Source of the DNA: Minisyncoccota bacterium
GTDB taxonomy: Bacteria; Patescibacteriota; Minisyncoccia; Phycocordibacterales; UBA918
NCBI GenBank assembly: GCA_041389045.1
Contig: JAWKSQ010000003.1
Span: 25,120 to 89,119 of the forward strand
DNA: 64,000 bases
Reading direction: 5' to 3'
The position numbers and the translations under genes were made by a program. This document shows, in pieces, positions 19,858-29,703 of the stretch. Under the pieces are notes generated by a model, which was not told the origin of the DNA, did no database searches, and saw nothing but the letters and a program-made list of their open reading frames with translations. The first letter of the stretch is position 1. Each line of letters starts with the position of its first letter.

Positions 19858-21527
19858 TCTGCTATCTATTCCATGAACCATCATACCTATTTTTTACACC
19901 AGACGTACCGGAGCTTCTTTACTACTCACATATTCCTGTTGCCATCTTGTCCTTATTCGTAGGATTATTTATTTTTTTTAATGCCCGAAAAATATTATTA
20001 AACAAGCTTCTATTATTCATTTCATTTCTTTTTTCTTCATGGATTTTTCTCAATTTAATCGCATGGACCAACATACATAGTGACTACCTTTTATTTATAT
20101 GGCCCTTCTTCGGTGTAATTTCGGCTTTTATATCAATATTTTCAATTTATTTCATTTATGTCTTTTTGGAAGAGAAAGAGCCATCCTTAAAAATTAAAGT
20201 CTCATTTTTTATTCTCCTAGCACCTGTACTAATATTTGCACCCACCAATCTTAATTTATCTGGATTCAATTTAACAAATTGTGATGCGTTTGGCTTTGAG
20301 GGATTACTGTTCAAGTTCTATTATATTTTAATTGGAATTATAGGGATGGTATGGATAGCATTTTTACTATTCACTCATTACCGTAATGCCAAGACCGATT
20401 TTAAAAAGCAAATACTACTGATGGGAGTGGGGATGGAATCATTTTTATTCTTTTTTTTCACTATCACATTTCTTGCTTCCTACTTAGCTGGAATTGGTTT
20501 TTTTAAAGACTCTCGTATGGAAATGTACGGCTTGTTCGGCATGGCTGTCTTTATGGTATTCATTGCCATTTTGATGACTAAGTTCAAAACCTTTAGTGTT
20601 GGTCTTATCGCCTCAAATGGTTTGGTAATTGCCTTAATTGTACTCATTAGTTCTCAGTATACTTTTATAAGTTCTAAAGTCGGTATTACACTCACCTCAA
20701 TTACGCTCGTTCTGACCAGCTTAACTGGTATAGTATTAATTAGAAGTGAAAAAAGAAGTCTTCAAAGAAAAGCGAATTGAAAACTTAGCCAAAGATTTAG
20801 CTAAAGCTAACGTACGACTAAAGCAAGTAGATAAGCTAAAATCTGAATTTGTCTCGATTGCATCACACCAACTCCGCAGTCCTCTCACTTCTATTTCTGG
20901 GTACGCCTCATTACTACGAGAAGGAACTTATGGTGAAATAACCAAAAAAATGAAAGAGCCGATTGAAAGGATTGAACACTCTGCCAGACTTATGGCTGAA
21001 TCAATCGAAGACTTCCTAAATGTGTCGCGCATTGAGTCAGGCAATATGAAGTATCACCTAGCGGATTTTAACCTTAAAGAAGAAGTTGAGCATCTGTGTG
21101 ATGACTTGCGTCCAGAAGCACTGCGAAGGGGACTGGTACTTATCTTTAGATCAAAACTGCAAGCCACTGGAATTGTTAATGCCGATATTGGTAAAACCCA
21201 CCAAATACTGCACAACTTACTTAACAACGCTATTAAGTACACACCCAAAGGAACTATTTCGGTTTTTGTTCATAATGACGATGAAAGTAAAAACATCTTA
21301 GTTGATATTACCGACACCGGCGTTGGTATGAGCACTGAAACCTTACAAACTATTTTCCAAAAATTTGAAAGGGGTGAAAAGCTAATGAAGTTAATGTGAA
21401 AGGTACGGGCTTGGGATTATTTGTGGCTCAGAGAATGGCCGAGGCGATGGGTGGCAACATCAGTGCATATTCTGAAGGAGAGGGCAAAGGTTCACGTTTC
21501 TCACTTACCTTACCGTTAGCCATGTAA
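19854..21527 (+). CDS. sensor histidine kinase with a polytopic N-terminal membrane domain, two frameshifts
   Basis: A membrane domain of at least 8 TM helices (19854-20780), then the HisKA H-box SIASHQLRSPL and the N-box NLLNNAIKYT (20746-21399), then the G2 box GTGLGLFVAQ in a third frame (ending at 21527). The shifts lie in the A6 run near 20748 and the A4 run near 21382. No adjacent response regulator. Confidence 0.7.
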
Positions 21528-21563
21528 CTTCATACTAAGTGAGATTTCTGGTAAGATAACTCG

Positions 21564-22507
21564 ATGACAAAGAAAAAACGCCTCTAACAGGCCTGCAGTC
21601 CACCGGTGCCTTACATATTGGAAACTATTTTGGTGCCCTTAAACCATTTGTAAATATCTATCAAGATTACGACAGTCATTTAATGGTGGCCGACCTTCAC
21701 TCAATCACTACTGTTCGCGACGCAAGTTTCCTTCGAGAAAATATTATTAATGTAGTTAAAGACTACATGGCTGTTGGCGTAGACCCAGAAAAGGTAATCC
21801 TCTTCAAGCAATCTGACGTTTTGGAACATACCGAATTGGCCTGGATGTTTGAATGTCTAGTTACCGTGCCTTTTCTGATGCAAGCGCACGCTTATAAAGA
21901 CAAAGTAGCCAAAGGTATCGAAGCTACTGCCGGTCTTTTTAACTATCCGATGCTAATGGCGGCTGACATTTTGCTTTACGATGCTGAAGTGGTACCAGTT
22001 GGTGAAGACCAAAGACAACATATTGAGTACGCGAGAGAAGCGGCGACTAAGTTTAATAATGCTTATGGGCAGACATTTACTCCGCCCCAAGAAATGATTC
22101 TTAAAGGGGTCGGGGTAGTACCAGGTCTCGATGGACAGAAAATGTCCAAGAGTTACAAGAACACGATTCCGCTATTTGGTACTAAGGATGAAGTAGCTAA
22201 AGCTGTTATGAGTATAGTGACAGACTCCAGTGGTGACCGACCAGAAAATGTTTATGCTATCCATCAGTTACTAAAATCGGAGACAGAACTCACACCCTTA
22301 TATGAAGAAAACAGGGGTAAATACAAGAATCTAAAAGAAGCTCTGGTGGAAGACCTGGAGTCTGTATTAGCGCCAATGCGTGAAAAACGAAACGCCATTA
22401 CTGAAGATGACGTTAAACAGGTGTTAAAAAGTGGTGCTGAGAAAGCTAAAGAACAAGCTACTAAAAAAATGGAATTAGTACGTAAGCTAGTTGGTGTTTC
22501 TATTTAA
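21564..22507 (+). CDS. trpS: tryptophan--tRNA ligase, frameshift in the A6 run at 21573-21578
   Basis: MTKKK start, then GLQSTGALHIGNYFGALKPF (HIGH-like) in the adjacent frame, and KMSKS further downstream. Confidence 0.85.
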
Positions 22508-22511
22508 AAAC

Positions 22512-22580
22512 ATGAGACGTTGTAAATGGGCGGAACTTGTATATCAAATACCATGGAAAGATGGGAACTATCATTTTTGA
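22512..22580 (+). repeat. degenerate tandem duplicate of the tag 5' end (MRRCKWAE...)
   Basis: The 19-nt string ACGTTGTAAATGGGCGGAA occurs at 22517 and again at 22599. The first copy encodes a 22-aa remnant. Confidence 0.35.
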
Positions 22581-22595
22581 CGCTACCATGATACA

Positions 22596-23149
22596 GAAAC
22601 GTTGTAAATGGGCGGAAGGGTGAACTTTATTTAAAATACCATGATGAGGAGTGTACCGCGGACCAAAAACTCTTTGAGTTTTTGGTCCTGAAAGTGCTCA
22701 AGCCGGATTATCTTGGCAGACCATACTAAATAAGCGAGAAGGTTACCGTAAAGCCTTCAAAAACTTTGATCCTAAGAAAGTAGCCAGACTCACTGAAGTG
22801 GAAGTGGAAAAAATTTTATTAAGTCCAGACATCGTCCGAAATAGACTGAAAGTAAATTCTACTATTATTAATGCTAAACTCTTTTTAAATATTCAAAGGG
22901 AGTTTGGTAGCTTCTCTAACTACCTATGGAAGTGGGTTGACAATAAGCCAATCAAAAATAAGCCAAAAAGCCACTCCGGATATCCCTGCCACAACACCAC
23001 TCGCGGAGAAAATTTCAAAGGACCTAAAGAAACGTGGCTTTAAATTCCTTGGTCCAACTATCATGTACGCCTATATGCAGGCGATAGGTATAGTTAATGA
23101 CCACACCATTGATTGCTTTCGATATCGTTTAATAGAGAATTTTAAATAA
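22596..23149 (+). pseudogene. tag: DNA-3-methyladenine glycosylase I (Tag), disrupted by at least 3 frameshifts
   Basis: Tag-specific blocks lie in three different frames: RCKWAEG, YHDEE, LFEF, QAGLSWQTILNKRE, DIVRNRLKVNSTIINAKLFLNIQ and KDLKKRGFKFLGPTIMYAYMQAIGIVNDH. The shifts are at G-, T- and A-runs. The expected EWGVP segment appears shortened. Confidence 0.6.
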
Positions 23150-23152
23150 GGA

Positions 23153-23180
23153 AAAGGCCCGCCGAAGCGAGCCTTGAAAC
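23153..23180. terminator. bidirectional hairpin terminator between tag and the minus-strand small gene
   Basis: A GC-rich 8-bp stem with one mismatch (AAGGCCCGC / GCGAGCCTT) and a CGAA loop. There is a T-run on the minus-strand side. Confidence 0.45.
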
Positions 23181-23194
23181 AATCCTTTCAATGC

Positions 23195-23403
23195 CTAGAG
23201 TTCAACGTCCGGCAACTTGGTGGCTGTCGACTTGAAGTAACCTTCAATCAAGAAAACCGGCGCATGGCCAAGAAGAAGTGAGGCGACCAAAATCGTCGAC
23301 CACCCCGCAAGACCCTCAAATGCTTCAGGCCAAATCTGCCAAAACATATAGCAGACCAGCACAGACGCCACAGCAGCGGGCAAACGAGAAAAAATCTACG
23401 CAT
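23195..23403 (-). CDS. small two-helix membrane protein (about 69 aa) in a GC-rich island, frame broken in a T6 run
   Basis: ATG 23403 is preceded by a perfect SD (AAGGAGGA, 7-nt spacing) and a TTGCAA-N17-TATAAT promoter. After MRRFF the reading frame needs one extra T in the run at 23389-23394 to continue into the 62-aa hydrophobic ORF 23195-23383 (LPAAVASVLVCYMFWQIW...VFLIEGYFK). Confidence 0.45.
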
Positions 23404-23473
23404 ATCGTACTCCTCCTTGTTGATGAGCTTACTCTATTATTATACCATATTTCTACATTTTTTGCAAATTAAA

Positions 23474-23501
23474 TTGACCTTTAACTCAAGCCTTGTATAA
23501 T
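23474..23501 (+). promoter_or_regulatory. sigma-70 promoter (TTGACC-N16-TATAAT) driving the T-box leader of asnS
   Basis: Near-consensus hexamers. It lies back-to-back with the minus-strand promoter of the small membrane-protein gene. Confidence 0.5.
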
Positions 23502-23507
23502 CACAGG

Positions 23508-23831
23508 ATACCGTTGATGTGGCTGACACCACGTAGGTGAGGGAAGACAAGTGAATAAAAATGAGTGCAGTGATTATTATGAACTCAGTTATTGATTTCT
23601 CTCTTAGAGAATCACTGAAACTTGAACCTCTAATTTCCAACCACAAACATTCATTCACCCAGTAGAACCCTCCGTCTAGGCACGAAACGCCCTATGAGTG
23701 CCTACACTCGCATACGAGTTAGGAAGTAGGGTGGTACCGCGAGCTCATGCATCGCCCCTACAGATACTTAATCCTTATAAGATAAGCGTCTGTAGGGGTG
23801 ATTCGCGCTTCACAGATTTAAATATAAAATT
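23508..23831 (+). promoter_or_regulatory. T-box riboswitch leader upstream of asnS
   Basis: Canonical T-box sequence AGTAGGGTGGTACCGCGAG at 23726-23743. A stem I candidate has CAGTGATT/AATCACTG pairing and an AGAGA distal motif, with candidate specifier AAC triplets in GAAACUUGAACC. A 10-bp hairpin (23755-23798) lies between the T-box and the start codon. The leader is about 320 nt. Confidence 0.6.
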
Positions 23832-25184
23832 ATGGAAAGAACACTAATAAACAAATTAAAAGAACAAGTCGGAAAGGAGGTTTTGATTCAGGGTTGGGTT
23901 GACGTAGCCCGCAATCAAGGCAAGATGGCTTTCTTTGATTTTCGTGATCGTACAGGCAAGGTGCAGGGGGTAGTATTTGGTAAACCGGAAGTGTTAGAAG
24001 TGGCTACCACCTTAAAAGCAGAATACGTAGTAGCGGTCACTGGGTTAGTAAATGAGCGACCAGAAAAAATGCGGAACGATAAAGTACAAAACGGTGACAT
24101 CGAACTGGAAATAACCGCTATTGAAATCATATCTCCAGCTGAAGCCTTACCTTTTGATATGGATGGCGAACTAAACCTAGACACTCTACTTGATAATCGA
24201 CCCTTGACCTTACGTCGCGACCATGAACGAGCTATCTTTAAAGTCCAGAGTGAAATACTAGTGACATACCGAAGCTTTCTAAACAGCCAAGGCTTTACTG
24301 AGTTCCAAGCACCAAAACTAGTAGGGGGTGACGCTGAGGGTGGAGCAGAGGTATTTAAAGTTAAGTACTTTAAAGGGGTGGAAGCTAGTCTAGCTACCAG
24401 TCCGCAACTCTATAAGCAAATCATGGCCGGAGTCTTTGAGCGTGTTTTTGCGGTTGGTCCCACTTTCCGCGCAGAAAAAAGTGCCACCACTCGTCATTTG
24501 AGTGAAATCTCTATGCTCGACCTCGAAATGAGTTTCATCAAGGATCACACTGACGTGATTGAACTAGTAACAGGGCTAATGCGAGCCATTACTGAGCACG
24601 TAAACACTAATTGTGCTGAAGAACTAAATCTACTAAATGTCGTCCCAGCCCACGCTCCAGAGAAATTCCCAGTTATGACCTTACGCGAGGCTCAAGAACT
24701 CATCAAACAAGAAACTGGAGTAGACAAAACCAAAGAACCAGACCTCGAACCAGAAGACGAACGTTTCCTTTGTGACTATGCTAATCGTAACTTAAATTCT
24801 GACTTTGTTTTTGTTACGCATTTTCCAACTAAGAAACGGCCTTTTTACACCCACGTCGACCCAGCACAACCTGAATTTACTAGAAGTTTTGACCTGCTGT
24901 TTCGTGGTCTAGAAATGTGTTCTGGCGGTCAGAGAGTTCACAAGTATGAAGAATTGGTGGAAAGAATAAAAGACAAAGGACTTGATCCAGATAAGTTCCA
25001 ATTTTACCTACAAGCCTTCAAGTATGGCATTCCACCCCATGGTGGAATCGGTATGGGACTAGAAAGACTCACCGCCAAGTTCTGTGGTGTTGCCAACGTT
25101 AAAGAAGCCACTCTCTTCCCGCGCGACATCAACCGCATTGACACCTTCACTAGTAAAGAACAGAGTACCGAGGCAGAAATCTAA
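23832..25184 (+). CDS. asnS: asparagine--tRNA ligase (class IIb; an archaeal-type AspRS is not excluded)
   Basis: N-terminal OB fold, motif 2 FRAEKSATTRHLSEISMLDLEMSF and motif 3 GGIGMGLERL. The T-box candidate specifier AAC favours Asn. Confidence 0.75.
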   Translation: MERTLINKLKEQVGKEVLIQGWVDVARNQGKMAFFDFRDRTGKVQGVVFGKPEVLEVATTLKAEYVVAVTGLVNERPEKMRNDKVQNGDIELEITAIEIISPAEALPFDMDGELNLDTLLDNRPLTLRRDHERAIFKVQSEILVTYRSFLNSQGFTEFQAPKLVGGDAEGGAEVFKVKYFKGVEASLATSPQLYKQIMAGVFERVFAVGPTFRAEKSATTRHLSEISMLDLEMSFIKDHTDVIELVTGLMRAITEHVNTNCAEELNLLNVVPAHAPEKFPVMTLREAQELIKQETGVDKTKEPDLEPEDERFLCDYANRNLNSDFVFVTHFPTKKRPFYTHVDPAQPEFTRSFDLLFRGLEMCSGGQRVHKYEELVERIKDKGLDPDKFQFYLQAFKYGIPPHGGIGMGLERLTAKFCGVANVKEATLFPRDINRIDTFTSKEQSTEAEI

Positions 25185-25238
25185 CTAAAGATACCAAAAT
25201 TCAAATATAGACCACAGTAATGATATACTGTTGTCTAT

Positions 25239-26665
25239 ATGCTTAAAATTACACCAACTGCTAAAAGTCTGGCTGATAGCCCGAAGAAATTTACCCGTTT
25301 GCTTTTGACTGAAGAACCTTTAGCCAACCACCGTTTCGTTGAGTCAGCTGAGGGAACTACGACTTATAAAATGGGGGTAGGGAAGTGGAGTAAAATTGAT
25401 GCTCGTAGCTTCCGAACTATTATTCGTTCCATTATTCAAGCGGCCAAAAGTCACAAAGTAGAATCGTTAGCGGTTGATTTTTCTGTTTTGAATTTTTCCT
25501 CACTTAAGAATTACGGTGAAAGTTGGGTAGCCTCAACTATCGCGGAAAATTTCCTCTTAGCCAATTACGAATTTACTACCTATAAAACAGGCAAAAAAGC
25601 TAAAGATAACTTAAAAGAAATCCTCATCACCAACCTATCGTCTAAAGAAGCTATCTACGGTCTTAAAAGAGGCATAACTTTGGGTGAATATACCAACCAA
25701 GTACGTGATATCGCGAACACCCCAGCTTGCGACATGTCACCAACCAACTTAGGTGACGCCGCCAAAAGATTAGCTAGTGGCACCAAAGTACAAGTCAAAG
25801 TTCTCAAAGAGGTAGATATTAAGAAACTTAAGATGGGGGCTTTATTGGCAGTGGGGGGGAGCTGAAAGTGAAACTCGCTTTATTATTGCCGAGTACTGGG
25901 GAGCAGGTAAACCGACTGGTAAAAAAGTTAACCCTAGTCAGAAGCCCCTCATTCTAGTGGGAAAAGGAATCACTTATGACACGGGCGGACTTAATGTTAA
26001 GCCGTCAGGCTACATGCATGATATGCATCTAGATATGTCTGGTGGTTCAGCTGTACTAGGAGCGATTTTTACGGTAGCTAAACTGGGTCTAAAAAAGAAT
26101 GTCGTCGCTTTAGTACCAACAGCCGAAAATGCCGTATCCGAGACAGCGATGAGAGCTGGCGACATTGTCACGGCGATGAATGGTAAAACTATCGAAGTCT
26201 TACACACTGATGCTGAGGGACGCATGGTCCTCGCAGACGCTCTCACTTATAGTGAGCGTTATAATCCAAAAGCCATCTTAGATGTCGCCACCTTAACGGG
26301 GCTGCTCTAGTAGCCTTAGGACAACATGCCAGTGCCATTATGACCAAAGATACTGAACTACAAAAACCTTGACTGAACTTGGGGAAGTAAGTGGGGACTT
26401 AGTCTGGCCACTACCACTTTGGGATGAATATAAACAACACATCAAAAGTAACCGAGCAGATATTGGTAATATTGCCACTAATTTCTCACGTTTTGGTGGC
26501 AGTATTGAAGGCGGGACCTTCTTATCTTACTTTGCACCCAAGAATGTACCCTGGGCACATATCGACATCGCACCACGCATGGACAGTATCCCTAGTGACA
26601 AGCTAGCTAAAGGTTCTACTGGCGAACCAGTTAGGCTGTTGGTGAAGTTCCTAGAGACTTACTAA
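25239..26665 (+). CDS. pepA: leucyl aminopeptidase (M17), three homopolymer frameshifts
   Basis: N-terminal domain 25239-25865. Catalytic blocks VGKGITYDTGGLNVKP and NTDAEGRMVLADAL in 25957-26310. C-terminal block in 26369-26665. The junctions are at a G7 run (25853-25859), a G4 run (26296-26299) and an A5 run (26357-26361). Confidence 0.75.
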
Positions 26666-26674
26666 TTACATAAA

Positions 26675-27280
26675 ATGAACCCGTCTACACTGACAAAAGA
26701 ATATATCTTGAACGAAGTAAAGAAAATTCAGTACCTTTACGGACTTAAGTATGAAATTCGCTATGCTCAGAATCGACCCAGCAATATTTTTACTGAGTCA
26801 GTGGCAGAACATATCTATGGTATGCATATTTGTGCTCAGTATTTTCTACCGCTTGAGGACCCAAAGGGGACTTGGGACAAAGTCCGTATATACGAACTTA
26901 TTACCCTACATGACATAGACGAACTAGAGACGGGCGACATGCTTGGTTATCTCAAGACTGACGATATCCGTGATAAGGAACGGGAGTCTAAAATCAAAGT
27001 GCTGGAAAAACTTCCTGATCATCTTAAGCCTCATTTTGAAGAACTCATCAATGATTATGAAAACCAGGAAACTTCAGAGTCACATTTTGTTAAGGCTATT
27101 GATAGATTTGAACCATTGCTACAGATGTACAGCGAATTCGGACGACATGTAATAAACCACAATAAAACTACCTCGGAACAAGCACAACGTATCAAAAAAC
27201 CATACCTAGAAAAATATCCTGTAATGCAAAAGTTTAATCAAGTTATTCATCAAACCATGATTGATGAAAGGTTACTTTGA
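26675..27280 (+). CDS. HD-domain phosphohydrolase (YfbR-like 5'-nucleotidase family)
   Basis: HIYGMH ... LHDIDELETGD HD motif. 201 aa. Confidence 0.6.
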   Translation: MNPSTLTKEYILNEVKKIQYLYGLKYEIRYAQNRPSNIFTESVAEHIYGMHICAQYFLPLEDPKGTWDKVRIYELITLHDIDELETGDMLGYLKTDDIRDKERESKIKVLEKLPDHLKPHFEELINDYENQETSESHFVKAIDRFEPLLQMYSEFGRHVINHNKTTSEQAQRIKKPYLEKYPVMQKFNQVIHQTMIDERLL

Positions 27281-27313
27281 TTTATCAAAGTAACCTTGTG
27301 CTAGAATTTAATC

Positions 27314-28048
27314 ATGCAGTTAGCTTCTAATTTCTCCATTAAAACTAAAGTCTTTGAAGGACCTTTAGAACTTCTTCTTGATTTGGTAGAAAAGCGCAAG
27401 CTTTTAATCAACGACATTTCCTTGGCTGAAGTGACTGATGAATACATGCGCCAAGTGAGTATCATGCAGGAACTATCACTACCAAATACCGCTCAATTCA
27501 TTACCTTAGCTGCCACACTGCTCCTAGTAAAATCTAAATCTCTACTACCAGTACTAGAACTGACTGAAGAAGAAGAAGCTAGTATCGAAGACCTGGAGGA
27601 AAGACTTCGTCAGTATAAGCTAGTTAAAGAGACTGCTGAGAATCTACAAGTAAATTTTGGTAGTTCAGTATTGTACTCTCCGCTTTTTAATCCACCGGCC
27701 ACTCCAATATTTGTTCCAGATAATTTTTGTACCCCTGATGCACTGCACAAAGCTATCTTAGACACTATTAATGCCTTACCTAAAAAGATTGAACCAAATA
27801 AAGCTAGTGTCAAAATAACAATCACACTAGAAGAAATGATGGATAGGCTACAAGCCAGAATTAGACAAAATCTAAAAGCGCGCTTTTCAGAGATGCACGC
27901 CGACGAACCAGAACGTAAAGTAGTAATCGTGGGTTTTTTAGCTATTTTAGAATTATTTAAGCAAGGAAATCTTATTGTTACTCAACCTAGTCGCTTTTCT
28001 GACATTGAAATAGAGTTGGATAAGGGTCAAACACCCAGTTACTATTGA
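27314..28048 (+). CDS. scpA: segregation and condensation protein A
   Basis: ScpA N-terminal winged-helix signature (LELLLDLVEKRKLLINDISLAEVTDEY). Followed by scpB. Confidence 0.75.
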   Translation: MQLASNFSIKTKVFEGPLELLLDLVEKRKLLINDISLAEVTDEYMRQVSIMQELSLPNTAQFITLAATLLLVKSKSLLPVLELTEEEEASIEDLEERLRQYKLVKETAENLQVNFGSSVLYSPLFNPPATPIFVPDNFCTPDALHKAILDTINALPKKIEPNKASVKITITLEEMMDRLQARIRQNLKARFSEMHADEPERKVVIVGFLAILELFKQGNLIVTQPSRFSDIEIELDKGQTPSYY

Positions 28049-28127
28049 CGTTATCCAGAAATGTGTTTTCTTGTAATTCTGTTTATGCCCGTCAGTATCA
28101 AGGATAACCATATGTTACAATCTAATT

Positions 28128-28670
28128 ATGCCAATTGACGTCCTCATCGAAGGATTGTTGTTTTATAAATCCGCTCCCCAGAAAAAGCGGACTATTATTA
28201 AGCTGTTCGAAATAACTGAAGCCGAGTTAAGTGAAGCTGTTTCCTTGTTAAAAGAGCGCTTAAGTAAAGGGGCAATACGTCTAGTAGAGACTGCGGACGA
28301 AATTCAACTAGTCACTGCGCCCGAGTTAGCTCCGGTGATTGAAGCGATGCGTAAGAACGAATTACGAGCTGATATTGGTAAGGCTGGTGCTGAAACCCTG
28401 GCCATTATTTTATATCGTGAACCAGTATCAAGAGCCGAAATAGACAGAATCCGCGGAGTTAACTCTTCTTTTATACTTAGAAATCTACAAGTACGTGGTC
28501 TAGTTGAAAGTCGTTCTAGTGGCAAGGGAAGTGGCTATGAGTATGTTATTACCTCTGAACTACTTACGCACCTAGGGGTTACCCATAAACATGAGCTACC
28601 TGACTTTGCTCGCATCGCTGATGCACTTGATAACTTTAAAATATCCACCACTGAAGAAAAAACCATATGA
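28128..28670 (+). CDS. scpB: segregation and condensation protein B
   Basis: ScpB-like winged-helix repeats. Operon partner of scpA. Confidence 0.75.
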   Translation: MPIDVLIEGLLFYKSAPQKKRTIIKLFEITEAELSEAVSLLKERLSKGAIRLVETADEIQLVTAPELAPVIEAMRKNELRADIGKAGAETLAIILYREPVSRAEIDRIRGVNSSFILRNLQVRGLVESRSSGKGSGYEYVITSELLTHLGVTHKHELPDFARIADALDNFKISTTEEKTI

Positions 28671-29698
28671 ATCCAAATGATGAAAACAACTTCATCATTG
28701 AAGAAAATATTCCTACTACAACTCAGGAGACAACGTCACCGACTAGTACTTTTCCCATCCTACCTCACCTAATGGTGTTAGGAGTTATTTTGTTTGGCTT
28801 ATTTGCCACCATTATTATTCCGAAAACATTATCTGTTTTACATACAGAAAAAACAGTAGCGGTGGTTAAGCCCGCGACCGAGAATACCAACTCGGTTTTA
28901 CCGGCAGCAGTTGGCGCCTTTGACAACATGACCGTTAAGGGAAAGGCGGCTTATGTGTGGGATATAAATAAGCAAAAAGCTCTCTTTGCCAAAAACCCAG
29001 ATGAAGCCTTGCCTCTGGCTTCCATTACGAAGCTCATGACTGCTTTAGTGGCGTACGAGATACTACCAGACGAAACACCGGTCACTATCACCAAAGAAGC
29101 GTCTGCCCAGCAAAGTGGCGGAACCCTAAAATGGGGAGAGGTATTCATTGCCAAAGATCTAGCTAATTTTGCCCTTATCTCATCTTATAACAGCGCAGCC
29201 TTTACTCTAGCTGCTTCAGTTGGCGCTCTGCTAGGAGACATAAACCCGACTGAACAGTTCGTCACCGGCATGAATCTCAAAGCACAAGATTTAAATCTAC
29301 CTAGTCTCAAATTTTATAATCCAACCGGTCTAGACCTCTCGACGACGGAAGCTGGGGCTTACGGAAACGCTAAAGATGTTAGCTTACTAGTAGAGTATAT
29401 TTTACTGAACTATCCTGAAATCTTAGACCCGACCGTCAAACCAAATACTAGACTCTATAATAACCAAGGAGAATATCATGAGGCCGATAACACCAATGAG
29501 ATAGTCAGGGACATACCAAATTTACTAGGCTCCAAGACAGGCTACACCGATTTGGCTGGTGGTAATTTAACTGTTGTTTTTGATGCCGGTTTAAACCACC
29601 CAATCGTCATTACAGTGCTTGGCTCTACACACTCGGAACGTTTTGCTGATGTTAAAAAATTAATGTCGGCAGCTATCTTAACCGCACGTTCTGAATAA
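28667..29698 (+). CDS. dacA: D-alanyl-D-alanine carboxypeptidase (S11, PBP5/6-like)
   Basis: N-terminal TM anchor. SITK (SxxK), SYNS (SxN) and KTGYT (KTG) active-site triad motifs. Confidence 0.7.
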   Translation: MNPNDENNFIIEENIPTTTQETTSPTSTFPILPHLMVLGVILFGLFATIIIPKTLSVLHTEKTVAVVKPATENTNSVLPAAVGAFDNMTVKGKAAYVWDINKQKALFAKNPDEALPLASITKLMTALVAYEILPDETPVTITKEASAQQSGGTLKWGEVFIAKDLANFALISSYNSAAFTLAASVGALLGDINPTEQFVTGMNLKAQDLNLPSLKFYNPTGLDLSTTEAGAYGNAKDVSLLVEYILLNYPEILDPTVKPNTRLYNNQGEYHEADNTNEIVRDIPNLLGSKTGYTDLAGGNLTVVFDAGLNHPIVITVLGSTHSERFADVKKLMSAAILTARSE

Positions 29699-29703
29699 TA
29701 AAT

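Noticed and set aside
23150-23470. tmRNA, RNase P RNA or SRP RNA in the GC-rich spacers (also checked at 56690-57100)
   Set aside because: The conserved cores (tmRNA GGGG...UCCACCA ends, the RNase P P4 sequence AGGAAAGUCCGG, the SRP sequence GGUCCGGAAGGAAGCAGC) are absent on both strands. The regions are better explained by small protein genes with strong SD sites.
23278-23472. 64-aa plus-strand ORF in the GC-rich island
   Set aside because: Low-complexity (PQ-rich). It overlaps the better-supported minus-strand small gene and its promoter, and has no SD.
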